Source: Laetmonice hystrix (Eukaryota). From it: a stretch of 64,000 bases of DNA. The notes below the pieces were generated by a model that worked only from the letters and a program-made list of their open reading frames with translations, was not told the origin of the DNA and made no database searches. The stretch spans positions 29,266,001 to 29,330,000 of the forward strand of contig OZ249436.1 in the NCBI GenBank assembly GCA_965235115.1, given 5' to 3'. Each line of letters begins with the position of its first letter. Within the stretch, counting starts at the first letter, position 1. Below are positions 13,342 to 24,835 of the stretch, piece after piece. The position numbers were made by a program, and so were the translations under genes.

Positions 13342-13409
13342 ACTAGTATACTAGTATCTCGTGTGTCTGCTTACACATACTAGTATACTAGTATCTCGTG
13401 TGTCTGCGT

Positions 13410-14817
13410 TCACTTATAAAACGGAAGTGAGCCAACACACGCTATTGTTGAACACATGGTTATTTCAAAGAGTCTCATGAACGTATTGTAGACCCACCAG
13501 TCCCAAGGTCGATACTCAACGATCTCATCTTGATGATATCTAGATAAAAGAAGGCCCATTCTGTATACGTTCAGGGCACCTATCAGAAAGAAAGACGCAG
13601 CCGTTACGAGGGTGATTTTAGCAGCGACTGGCATTTTGGTATCTAAGTCCTTCTTCGGGGCAGATCTGTTGTTCGAAATGTCATGGTGTGATGCTTCGAT
13701 CGAGATCTCGTTTAATTTGCGTCGATTCAGCACAACACGTTCGTAAAGACGCTTGAAGACGTACATGTATGCTGCCGAGGAGAGAAGTCCCCACGTCACG
13801 AAGTAGGTGTCGCACACAAAGTAAAACACGTATCCGTTTATCAGTTTGACGGCGAGGAAATCGGTCGTGATTCCTAATACGTAATTAAAGATAACAATGG
13901 AGGCCAGGGCGACGGGGCTGAAGATCCGATGGGAGACCACCTGCATCTTGGTCAGGCGCATCAACACAACGAACAGCAATATGAATGCAGAAGTGATACT
14001 GGCGAAATTAACGAATTTACTGAGCAGGCTCACTAATTCCGGTAGGAGTTTTCGGTACCGGTACACGTCAATGAGTATGTAAAAGGCGCGCCCGGTTCCG
14101 GCGATGAAAACCAGAAGCTGCATTGTAATGTAGTATCCCCGACTTGGCAAATCCTTTTTGATACACACCTGTAGGAATAAGACAATACAACTAAAACGGT
14201 GGTTAAAGAATATATAAAGTGAGTGTATTAACTGAGTGTGCGGTAGACCTATACATTGTGGATTGTTTTCCTCTTTTTCTATATGGTGGCTGAAACAAAA
14301 TGTTTTACCCTGACGAGATGAACGAGGGCCCAGAGCGCGAGGATTGCAAACATCGACCCTAAGCTGTAGACATGCAGATCTAGTGCCACCCCAAGTTTGG
14401 CCCGAGCAGAGGTCCAGTTGAGGGCCGGGCCGGCAAACCTGTCTCGTTCGATCGCCATGCTCACGTCTGAAACCCAGCAAAGATATTCCTATATGCCATT
14501 ACGGCGCCAGTCCTTATTAATAAAGTTAAAGTAAAATATGGGCCTGCTTTGCAATAACTTAAAGGTGCTATTCGTCTCGCACAGAATGGCATTTCTCCTA
14601 TCATACATTGTGCACATAGTACTAGAAAAAATTCCTACCGATACCATTGGCCTGATAAACCTTCTATTAGTTTGTGTGCAGCATTTGAAACCTATCTCGG
14701 TGCGCACTATAATAGTGACTGGGATACTTTATATTGATTCGTCGCTTATGTCTAAAATAAAAACAATTAAAAACACCTACTTCCTATCTGTGTGCTGTTG
14801 GTTGCCAGACTATCCAT
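13410..14817 (-). CDS. PRRT3/PRRT4-like seven-transmembrane protein, paralog 1, 317 aa; exons 14817-14781, 14466-14309, 14168-13410
   Basis: Kozak CAACCATGG. GT-AG introns of phase 1 and 0 give an open frame MDSLATNSTQIGNVSMAIERDRFAGPALNW...LHVYSLGSMFAILAL...GTGRAFYILIDVY...ITSAFILLF...WWVYNTFMRLFEI. Two N-terminal N-glycosylation sequons and seven hydrophobic segments. Confidence 0.85.
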
Positions 14818-15803
14818 GGTTGATGGTTGGCAAATTCAGAATTTTCGTCGTTTCACTGACCACGTCCTCAGACCCGTCGTGAGAGGCAGCTCCCGCACGG
14901 TGGCCGCTTGCACGGTGTTGAAGACGACGTTCATCCTTCCAGACCTAGATTTATAGGAGTAGACGGGGGTGATGGGCTGCACGTGCCCCCGGCCAACATG
15001 CCTATTAATGCCACACCCCAAGATAGGATTGCATCGTTAACATGTGGAATCATATACAGTTACAGAAAACTATTTTGCTGGCCATTGTCAACTTTCGTTT
15101 CGCCAATACCACATAGTTGATTTGGCTGATGATACGTAATAGGTTTACCTAATCGAGGTGCACGGGCACCACACGCGCAATCAGTTGTCGTGTATAACCC
15201 GACGACGCCATGTCCCAACATTGCTTAATGGCAATGTGATTCTACCAGCTATGATCGATTTCAAGGGTATAATGAGTACAAGGTAAAGAGCACCATTTGA
15301 AGGATTCCAGGGGTCACGAAGAAGTCGCGATTTCATGTAGGTGCGTGGATTGCGCCAGCGTACGCACGCCGTCGTAAATGGCAACCGCTGGACGTGGAAA
15401 CGCCGATTGCAACATTCAAGAGTTCCTTTGGTGTATCTACGCAAGGTGGGCCATTTGAAACGCTGGGCGTTTTGCTAATTTACATAAGTAGGTCAGTGGT
15501 TGGGGGGGGGGGGCTTTCTTTTCGCTATTTTAAAGATCTCCAACCCCATGTAAGGCTTTGTAACGGCAGGAAATTCACTCCCTAAAATTGTGTAACATGG
15601 CACAAGACACAAAAGTCTGTATTTCCAAAATATGATTTATTGATTGATGTTTAATAAGCTAACCAAAAAAATCCCTATCCCAGATAATATTCTTCCGAAA
15701 ATATTTCTCCTGGCATATTGTAAGACCACGGATTTGAAGAACGTGTAATTTAGGAACGTATTCAGTTGTTAGATTTGTTCTAGATATTACATACCACTTA
15801 GAC

Positions 15804-16647
15804 TATGGGGTGCCAAGTGTTACCTTTATAATTTCGTACACGAAATTCTTTTTGGTAAACGAAATTATAATTTCGTACACGAAATTCTTTTTCGTAAACG
15901 AAATTATAATTTCGTAGACGTAATATCCATTTCGTATACGGAATGACATTTCGTCTACACAATTATCAATTCCGTCAACGAAATTCACTTTCGTCTCAAG
16001 AATCATCCATTTTGTGTGCGAAATGGAATTCCGTCTCCATAGTATTCATTTCGTGTACGAAATTCTATTTCTTCTCCGCAGTACATCCATTCCGTCTACG
16101 AGAATGATGGCACATTTTGCTCTTTCTATTAAGTATAATTTCGTCTCAACAATTCTATTCCGTATACAGAATGGAATTTCGTCTCCTTAAAGTCCATTTC
16201 GTGTACGAAACTTAATTTCATCTACTTGATAATCAATTCTGTCCACGGAATTGACTTTCGTGCCCATAAAATAAATTTTGTCTACGAAATGTTATTTCGT
16301 CTCCACAATAATCCATTCTGTATATAAAATGGAATTTCCTCTCCATCATGTCCATTACGTGTACTAAATGCCATTGAGACGAAAGTGAATTTCGTTGACG
16401 GAATTGATTATTGCGTAGACGAAATGTCATTCCGTATACGAAATGGATATTATGTCTACGAAATTATAATTTCGTTTACGAAAAAGAATTTCGTGTACGA
16501 AATTATAATTTAGTTTACGAATAAGAATTTCGTGTACGAAATTATAATTTCGTTTACGAAAAAGAATTTCGTGTACGAAATTACAATTTCGTTTACAAAA
16601 AAATATTCGGTGTACGAAATTATAAAGGTGACACTTGGCACCCCATA
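15804..16647. mobile_element. MITE with TAT...ATA termini and 6-bp TSD (IS3EU-like)
   Basis: TIR TATGGGGTGCCAAGTGTTACCTTTATAATTTCGTACAC...GTGTACGAAATTATAAAGGTGACACTTGGCACCCCATA. TSD TTAGAC (15798-15803, 16648-16653). Internal TTTCGT..ACGAAA repeats. Confidence 0.9.
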
Positions 16648-16854
16648 TTAGACTCACCCCATTAGGTACGCCTACCCCATGGAGACAAGGAGGCAGCTTG
16701 CCCCCTGGCCAGGTTGGCCTATTTTTTCTAAAGGACTTTAATCAACTATAATTAAGCGCCAAAAACGTTTATTGTCTGGGTACACCATACCCCCCCCAGA
16801 TTTCTTTAGGTTAAACCTAAAACCTTGTGACACAATAAAATAAAAGAAAGAGTA

Positions 16855-16887
<33 letters not shown>

Positions 16888-16895
16888 TGGTAGTG

Positions 16896-16959
<64 letters not shown>
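16855..16959. repeat. (TAG)n microsatellite
   Basis: About 35 TAG units with three TGG interruptions. Confidence 0.98.
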
Positions 16960-18684
16960 GAACACTTGATCAGTGATCAGTGAAAAAAATGTTTTGGCTT
17001 CTGGGGACCTGGCTGGAGTGGCCCCCCCCCCGACCCCGGCCACGTGCGATTCCTGGGTCGCGAAGAAGAAGACCACGCCGCCTTACGCGATGAAAACTAT
17101 GTTGAGTAGTCAGTTCCCGTAGAGCTAATAAAACCCACTCTCAGAAGTAGGTCAGATTCATTAAAACCTGTTTAAATCTTTCTTGGTTGAGATGTGAGGC
17201 TATGTTGCCCTTAATGAAACGAGGGGGCCAGGGCACCTTTCTCCACAATCCCCACCAGGTGGTGGTGGTTCGTACGAGCACCCCAAACACTCCCTGGCTA
17301 CGGGCCTGGGGGTGGCAGGTTTCTTTCTCACTCAGTGGGGGATCCAGGGGGGGCTTAGGGGGCAAAACAAAGTTAGGTGGCCCCATTATCACTGTCACTT
17401 CATCCTCGCCAGGTTCCTTGACTGAATTAAATGGTTCCTACCGCCCTGAATATGACTGAAATAGTCTATGATTTCCACATGCTATCTGTAGTATAGTAGC
17501 GAGGGAACGGTGTCAGAAACGGCTTATTGTATTGTACTCAATAGATACACTTTTTTCAGCCTGTTATAGCCCTCGTGCTTCTCCGGGAGAATTCCATGGC
17601 AGAAAGAAAGGAAGAACGCCTTCCGTGTCCTCCAATCAGAGCTAGTGCATGGTCCATACTTACAGTGTTGTCGAAGTTGTCTGACTGGCTATTCGTTTTC
17701 TAAATTTTCTTTTCGAGCTTTGGGAATGCGTAGATCAGCAAGGTTGCTCGCGTGAAACTGTTTCCATTAAAGCTAAAGATTGTTCAGGATGTTGTCCATA
17801 TATAGTTGAACTCCATTCCCCAGCACTGCCATGCTGCAAGGCGGCATATGGGACCATTCAAGTTGTTTTAGGATCAGAAAACGAAAGCCCACATTCTGAA
17901 CAGCCTATCTGCCACTATGTTCAAATAACGCCACTTCCTAGTATTGACTTTAAAGTACATTTAATATTATGGTGTGTATCCTTATACGTCATTTGAAATT
18001 ATTCTTTTGTTAGAGATATTTAGGTACTTTCAGTAACAATTTACCAAACAGAAGAGGGCCGTATAGCCATGCAGGCTGAGGCAGAGGAAGTAGTCGTATC
18101 CTGGGTCAGCTAAATAAAACGTTAGAGAATATTCAGGGGGCCATGTCCACGGACATGTTTTCATACCCAAAGTTCGTGGAGCTCTTATAATGGGGATCCA
18201 CGTCCCTCGTTTTCAGCTATTTCATGAAAGTCGCTTTTGATCCTCTCAGTAGACCCTCATTTCTATGTCCTTCGGAAAGGTTTTCATAACAGTTCTGAAA
18301 ATGTGATTAATTTTTCTCATCTCAAGTGATGCCTCCGTCACACTCAAACGAAGACCATGAAGACCGCACTGCGTCCTGAAAATTTCGATGAACGCAGCGG
18401 GGACGTGGTCAAAATGGAAAAAATGTGCAGTTTTCAAGTTCATACATACTACGTCCCTGCCAGGTGCGTAGCACGTCAAATGCGTTCTTACTACGACCAA
18501 TCAGATCGCACTACGCGCTTACCACGTTCTCACTGCGTCCGTCCTTTCCTCATAAATATTGCGCCACGCGCTGCGCTTTTTCATTCGTTCTGAAGTGTTT
18601 CATGCATTCTTGCTCGTCCGCGCCACGCTTGTACGACGTCAATGAAGTCCTTACTAGGTTTTAGTTACGTCGTTACTACGTCAA

Positions 18685-18905
18685 CAAACGTGTGTCCAGG
18701 ATTTTCAGCAGGGGGGGGGGGGGCTCAGGAAATCTTTAAAAATTAGAAGCTTTGAGACGCGATTCCCCGCTAGGGGCCATTTTAGGGCATTATATTTTGT
18801 GGAGTCATCGCTGAACGGGTTCAAAACGGCGGGAATGCTTAGAAAAAATCTATGCTCTGTGGAAGCAGGGGGCGGACCCCCTGGACCCCCCTGGACACGC
18901 GCCTG
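18685..18905. mobile_element. hAT5-like MITE
   Basis: CAAACGTGTGTCCAGG...CTGGACACGCGCCTG. 5-bp TSD GTCAA. The empty site CGTCAATGCAGTC is seen in the neighbouring repeat copy at ~18994. Confidence 0.8.
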
Positions 18906-20744
18906 GTCAATGCAGTCCCTACTAGGTTTCAGGTACGTCCTTATACTACGACAATGAAGTCCTTACTAGGTTTTAGTTACGTCGTTACTATACGTCAATG
19001 CAGTCGTTACTACGTCCTTATTAAGTTCTTACTGCGTCCTGATTCGACCCAATCGCAACATCTCGGGCTTTCCGTACGCAAAACACCTTGAATGTAGTTC
19101 GGGCGCTGCCATGTTGAAACTACTTCCAGTCACATGGGGTCATGCGATCGGCGATTAACACCAGCACTTGTTTTGTTTCTGGACGACGCGAACTCCGTTT
19201 CTGTATTTTTGTTGCTTGAAATTGTTGGAATTTGGTAGGCTAATAACAAATATGTTACGTTTGAACGAAATAGTCTATACACTTCGCAACATGTAGGCCT
19301 ATGCTTAGCCCGTGCCTGGAGCTCAGGCAGGCCAAACATGCTACAAGACGCATTCGACGCAACGATGAACATTTTCCGGATTCGCGGATTTCAACTTTTT
19401 TGAGACTGAAATTTGTGTTAAAATCCCACTTCAATACCGGATACACAAAAATGCACTAAATCTGTGTCAGATTCACATGTTTCCGCGATCTGTTGGAACT
19501 ACACAGCAGGGCGGTAGAACATGGAGTGGTGACTTGGCCGAGCCTCGTCACAGGCGTTTTACGCCTGTAGATTTGGGCCTGTCTTAAATCCGAGGGTATT
19601 TCTCAACCGGAAATGAAATGACCTCTGACGTTCCGATTATTCGACCACGTCCTCACTACGTTTTTTTTAACATGTCCAAAGTTCTACCACGTTCTCCACG
19701 TCCATGGTGATCATACTGTGTTGGCTCACACTTACATGTATTACCAATTAACCCTTTCAGGGCGAACGATGCCTTGAGGCATTACCGTGCCAGGGCGGAC
19801 GATGCCTTGAGGCCCCAGGGCGGACGATGCCTTGAGGCACTTTTTTTGTCTACTCCGACCACTCCACGTAAATCCGGCCCATTGATAGCAAAGACTGTCA
19901 ATCACCCAACTACAATTGTCGAGTAGCTGTACTAACTCCTCTCCCTTACATATTACGTTGATTGCTGTTGTCTTTTAGACATTTATGTGTCCAAAAATCA
20001 CGTTTTTCAAGACGAAAATCCAAAATGGCTCGCCCACATGGGGTAGTGCACAAAACTGGGTCAACCTCTGTGACGACTGTGACGTCGCCGGCATAGGGTT
20101 AAAATCAGAAGCAGGGATAGACATAATTATAGGGGTATAATTCCCCACAAGGGAAGTAAGTTCATATACGTCGTAGGATTTAGTTCCTGGAGTACAGACG
20201 TACCAAATTGACTGACATATTTCCTGGAGTACAGACGAACCGAGTTGACTCACATACATAATTCTGGGTACAAACGAACCCAATGACTGACATCTTTCTA
20301 GGAACGAAGTTAGGTGACTCACATACATAATTCTGGGTACAGACGGACGAAGATGACCGACTCTGTCTAGACGTCTGGTGACCGACATCATTAAATATTC
20401 GACAGGAGCACGGGACTTCCAAGAATGGGCATAAAGGTAAGCCAATGAGAAAGAGGCAGGTAGGAGGTAAGCCAATGAGAAAGAGGCACGTAAGAAGAGG
20501 GGATTTTACCCCGGAGAGAGAGGTTAAAGTAGTAATTACTTTACGGAAAACGGGAGAGATAGTGCGGGCTTACCAGAGAGAGAAATGCGTGAAGGGAGTT
20601 AGCAGAGGAGTTCCCGCTAGGGAGCTTGTGCGCGAGTTAAAATGCTATTCCCGGAGTATGGAGACGTTTTGGAGTATTGTACGTGTTCAGAAGTTATTGT
20701 GGAAATAGACAACATTCGTGGAGTATATATGTGGAGTGTGGAGA

Positions 20745-21765
20745 TACTGTGGCAGCAAGGGGCAGAGGGTTACGCTGCATTGTTATTGCCAAAGTACTGT
20801 GGCAGCAAGGGGTAGGGTGTTAGGCTGTATTGTTATTACCAAAGTACTGTGGCAGCAAGGGGTAGGGGGTTAGACTGCATTGTCATTGCCAAGGTACTGT
20901 GGCAGCAAGGGGTAGGGTGTTAGGCTGCATTGTTATTGCCAAGGTATTGTGGCAGCAAGGGGTAGGGGGTTAGACTGCATTGTTATTGCCAAGGTACTGT
21001 GGCAGCAAGGGGTAGGGGGTTAGGCTACATTGTTATTGCCAAGGTACTGTGGCAGCAAGGGATAGGGCATTAGGCTGCATTGTTATCGCCAAGGTACTGT
21101 GGCAGCAAGGGGTAGGGGGTTAGGCTGCATTGTTATTGCCAAGGAACTGTGGCAGCAACGGGTAGGGGGTTAGGCTGCTTTGCTATTACCAAAGTACTGT
21201 GGCAGCAAGGGGCAGGGCGTTAGACTGCATTGTTATTGCCAAGGTACTGTGGCAGCAAGGGGCAGAGGGTTACGCTGCATTGTTATTGCCAAGGTACTGT
21301 GGCAGCAAGGGATGGGGCATTAGGCTGCATTGTTATCGCCAAGGTACTGTAGCAGCAAGGGGTAGGGGGTTAGGCTGCATTGTTATCGCCAAGGTACTGT
21401 GGCAGCAAGGGGCAGGGGGTTAGGCTGCATGTATTGTTATTGCCAAGGTACTGTGGCAGCAAGGGGTAGGGGGTTAGGCTGCATTGTTATTGCGAAGGTA
21501 CTGTGGCAGCAAGGGGTAGGGGGTTAGACTACATTGTTATTGCCAAGGTACTGTGGTAGCAAGGGGCAGAGGGTTACGCTGCATTGTTATTGCCAAGGTA
21601 CTGTGGCAGCATGGGATAGGGCATTAGACTGCATTGTTATCGCCAAGGTACTGTAGCAGCAAGGGGCAGGGGGTTAGGCGGCTTGCCAAAGTACTGTGGC
21701 AGCAAGGGGCAGGGGGTTAGGCTGCATGGTTATTGCCAAAGTACTGTGGCAGCAAGGGGCAGGGT
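20745..21765. repeat. 50-bp minisatellite, ~20 copies
   Basis: Unit AAGGTACTGTGGCAGCAAGGGGTAGGGGGTTAGGCTGCATTGTTATTGCC with point variants. Confidence 0.97.
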
Positions 21766-22711
21766 TTTAGACAGGGTCGATAATATTTACGGTACCCGGT
21801 ACATATAAATATCATAAGGCGATATCATAATCCCATCTGTAACAGCTAAGGTCTGGCCTTGTTGCAGCCCTGTAACAATCATGGCAAAATGATTTTAACT
21901 TAGCTCTGAGTTACCGTTAATCATGTCGAATAATGTAGAAATGAACTAACCTTATCCCCTCTGGGATCCGTATGTCTTGTCTTCCTGGGTGTTTAGATAC
22001 GTCTTCACAGTTTCTGAGGCGTATATGTGATAAACAACATTCTGACCCTGCTTGTACTGGTCAAATGCCTCAGAAATGCTGTGGTCCGTCGGTGTCACCC
22101 AGCTTCATCTTAGCAGGACTAGTCAAGATGGCACCTCCTGGTCCTCGTCTTGGCGCAAAAAAATATAGGTCATACGTAACAAAGCTTCTGAGTGGTACTT
22201 TGACAATAGCGTTTTGGTCGTCTTCCACCCAAAGTACTTTGGCAGTAGACACTCCGTAAATAAAAACACCCCAACGCAATACCACGTCCTGATTGGTTTC
22301 TACTGCCTTCCTACTACATGTACGTTATAAGTTCTTACTGCGCCTCCACCCATTTTTTTCAGGACGTAGTGGGAACGTGGCTGAGTGTGACAAGGTATTT
22401 TTTGAACATGTCCAAAGTTCGTCCACGTCCTCCACGTCCATGCCGACCATATACCACGTTCTTGTCGGGTTTTATCGCGTTCCTACTAAAAGAAGTTTTT
22501 ACTGCTCCCACCCTGATTTTGGAGGAAGACGCAGTGGGGACGTGGCTGAGTGTGATGGAGGTTTGAGGTGTTCCATGAAAAGCGGGTGGTAAGAAACGTG
22601 AAATTTCCTTTAAAAAAGAAGACCTATACAATTCCATGGAGGCTGAGATTGATAGTCCCCTCCGTGGCTTCAAAATATCAGAATCTCGAACAAGTTCAAA
22701 CATAAGTGAAA

Positions 22712-24171
22712 GTTCCCTTCCCAATCGTCTCGATCAAAATAACTGGGGTAGACCGGATGTTCCCTTCCGAGTCGTCTCGATCAGAATAACTGGGGTAGAC
22801 CGGATGTTCCCTTCCGAGTCGTCTCGATCAGAATAACTGGGGTAGATCGGTTGTTCCCTTCCCAATCGTCTCGATCAGAATAACTGGGGTAGATCGGTTG
22901 TTCCCTTCCGAGTCGTCTCGATCAGAATAACTGGGGTAGATCGGTTGTTCCCTTCCCAATCGTCTTGATCAGAATAACTGGGGTAGATCGGTTGTTCCCT
23001 TCCCAATCGTCTCGATCAGAATAACTGGGGTAGACCGGATGCTCCCTTCCCAGTCGTCTCGATCAGAATAACTGGGGTAGATCGGTTGTTCCCTTTCCAA
23101 TCGTCTCGATCAGAATAACTGGGGTAGATCGGTTGTTCCCTTCCCAATTGTCTCGATCAGAATAACTGGGGTAGATCGGTTGTTCCCTTTCCAATCGTCT
23201 CGATCAGAATAACTGGGGTAGATCGGTTGTTCCCTTCCCAATCGTCTTGATCAGAATAACTGGGGTAGATCGGTTGTTCCCTTTCCAATCGTCTCGATCA
23301 GAATAACTTGGGTAGATCGGTTGTTCCCTTCCCAGTCGTCTCGATCAGAATAACTGGGGTAGATCGGTTGTTCCCTTCCGAGTCGTCTCGATCAGAATAA
23401 CTGGGGTAGATCGGTTGTTCCCTTCCGAGTCGTCTCGATCAGAATAACTGGGGTAGATCGGCTGTTCCCTTCCCAATCGTCTCGATCAGAATAACTTAGG
23501 TAGATCGGTTGTTCCCTTCCGAGTCGTCTCGATCAGAATAACTGGGGTAGATCGGCTGTTCCCTTTCCAATCGTCTTGATCAGAATAACTGGGGTAGATC
23601 GGTTGTTCCCTTCCCAATCGTCTCGATCAGAATAACTTAGGTAGATCGGTTGTTCCCTTCCGAGTCGTCTCGATCAGAATAACTGGGGTAGATCGGTTGT
23701 TCCCTTCCCAATCGTCTCGATCAGAATAACTGGGGTAGATCGGTTGTTCCCTTCCCAATCGTCTTGATCAGAATAACTGGGGTAGATCGGTTGTTCCCTT
23801 CCCAATCGTCTTGATCAGAATAACTGGGGTAGATCGGTTGTTCCCTTCCCAATCGTCTCGATCAGAATAACTGGGGTAGATCGGCTGTTCCCTTCCGAGT
23901 CGTCTCGATCAGAATAACTGGGGTAGATCGGTTGTTCCCTTCCCAATCGTCTCGATCAGAATAACTGGGGTAGATCGGTTGTTCCCTTCCCAATCGTCTT
24001 GATCAGAATAACTGGGGTAGATCGGTTGTTCCCTTCCCAATCGTCTCGATCAGAATAACTGGGGTAGATCGGTTGTTCCCTTCCCAATCGTCTCGATCAG
24101 AATAACTGGGGTAGATCGGCTGTTCCCTTCCGAGTCGTCTCGATCAGAATAACTGGGATAGATCGGTTGTT
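22712..24171. repeat. 47-bp minisatellite, ~31 copies
   Basis: Unit GATCAGAATAACTGGGGTAGATCGGTTGTTCCCTTCCCAATCGTCTC, highly homogeneous. Confidence 0.97.
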
Positions 24172-24835
24172 TAATTCCTTGCTCAATAAACGTGCTGAGA
24201 AACGCGGGAAAGGGACACTATACTAATTTAAGATCGGAAACAGTGTAGATTAGTGCTACATAATCTCTATACAGTACGGGTACAACATATACCTTGATGC
24301 ATCATAGGCCATTTAGTCTATCTTAATGTTGGCTTCTTCTTTTAAATCTATTTTTATGACGTGTAATTGCTATTAAACCGACGAAAACACTGAATACATT
24401 TCTTCAACCTTTTATTAGGAAGACCTTCGTTATTGTTAATGTCATTTTAGAACAATAGTTTGCGCCAGAATTCTAGATTCGTCTCCCTATACCCTGGACA
24501 TTGACAACCATGGCTTGAACATCGTAGTTCGATGAAAACCCCCTGTCTGCCAACACTGCATGTTCGGAGTTCTTTGTGGCTTAGTTCGTGGTTCTTGTTA
24601 TATTTGGGTACAATTGCTCCAACAGAACAATGACAGCTAGAGCAGGCATGTCTTTATAAAGCTATGTGACCAAATCAAAACGAGTGAGGAATAGGCCTAA
24701 TAGAAAGGTACAAAATCGTGCGACTCTGAGCGCCCTATTACAGGTTCAGTAAAACCTAGCCTGGAGGACTTTCTTGCGATTTCTCTATCATTATCCATAA
24801 CTGATTCTCAAAATCAGGCATGCATTATAAGTAAA

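Larger units (their letters stand above)
18330..22563. mobile_element. PIF/Harbinger-like non-autonomous element with nested insertions
   Basis: Termini TGCCTCCGTCACACTCA...TGAGTGTGATGGAGGTT. 3-bp TSD TGA. Internal (C/T)ACGTC-rich repeats at 18360-19050, 19640-19720 and 22280-22560. Confidence 0.7.
17085..22607 (-). pseudogene. Possible multi-exon pseudogene of unknown family, split by a 4.2-kb composite transposon
   Basis: Removing 18330-22563 and one TGA copy restores NFTFLTTRFSWNTSLEMRKINHIFRTVMKTFPKDIEMRVY* after an AG acceptor (22608). A phase-0 GT-AG intron (18044-17938) joins ..GYTALFCL to EVALFEHSGR*. Several stops and frameshifts. Confidence 0.35.

Noticed and set aside
13410..14480. 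The 356-aa single-exon ORF taken as the true protein
   Set aside because: Its first ~104 aa read through an intron and an out-of-frame exon. The spliced model matches paralog 2.
16738..17076. Poly-leucine ORF
   Set aside because: It is a translation of the (TAG)n microsatellite.
17873..17936. Minus-strand KWRYLNIVADRLFRMWAFVF resembling a Cys-loop receptor M4 helix
   Set aside because: It is an isolated 20-aa similarity with no other receptor motifs nearby, and a different frame fits the splice phase.
19752..22280. Complete piggyBac element
   Set aside because: Only a TTAA-CCCTT left end was found, with no matching AAGGG-TTAA and no transposase.
20745..24171. CRISPR-like appearance of the 50-bp and 47-bp arrays
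   Set aside because: The units are head-to-tail with no unique spacers, there are no cas genes, and the context is eukaryotic.
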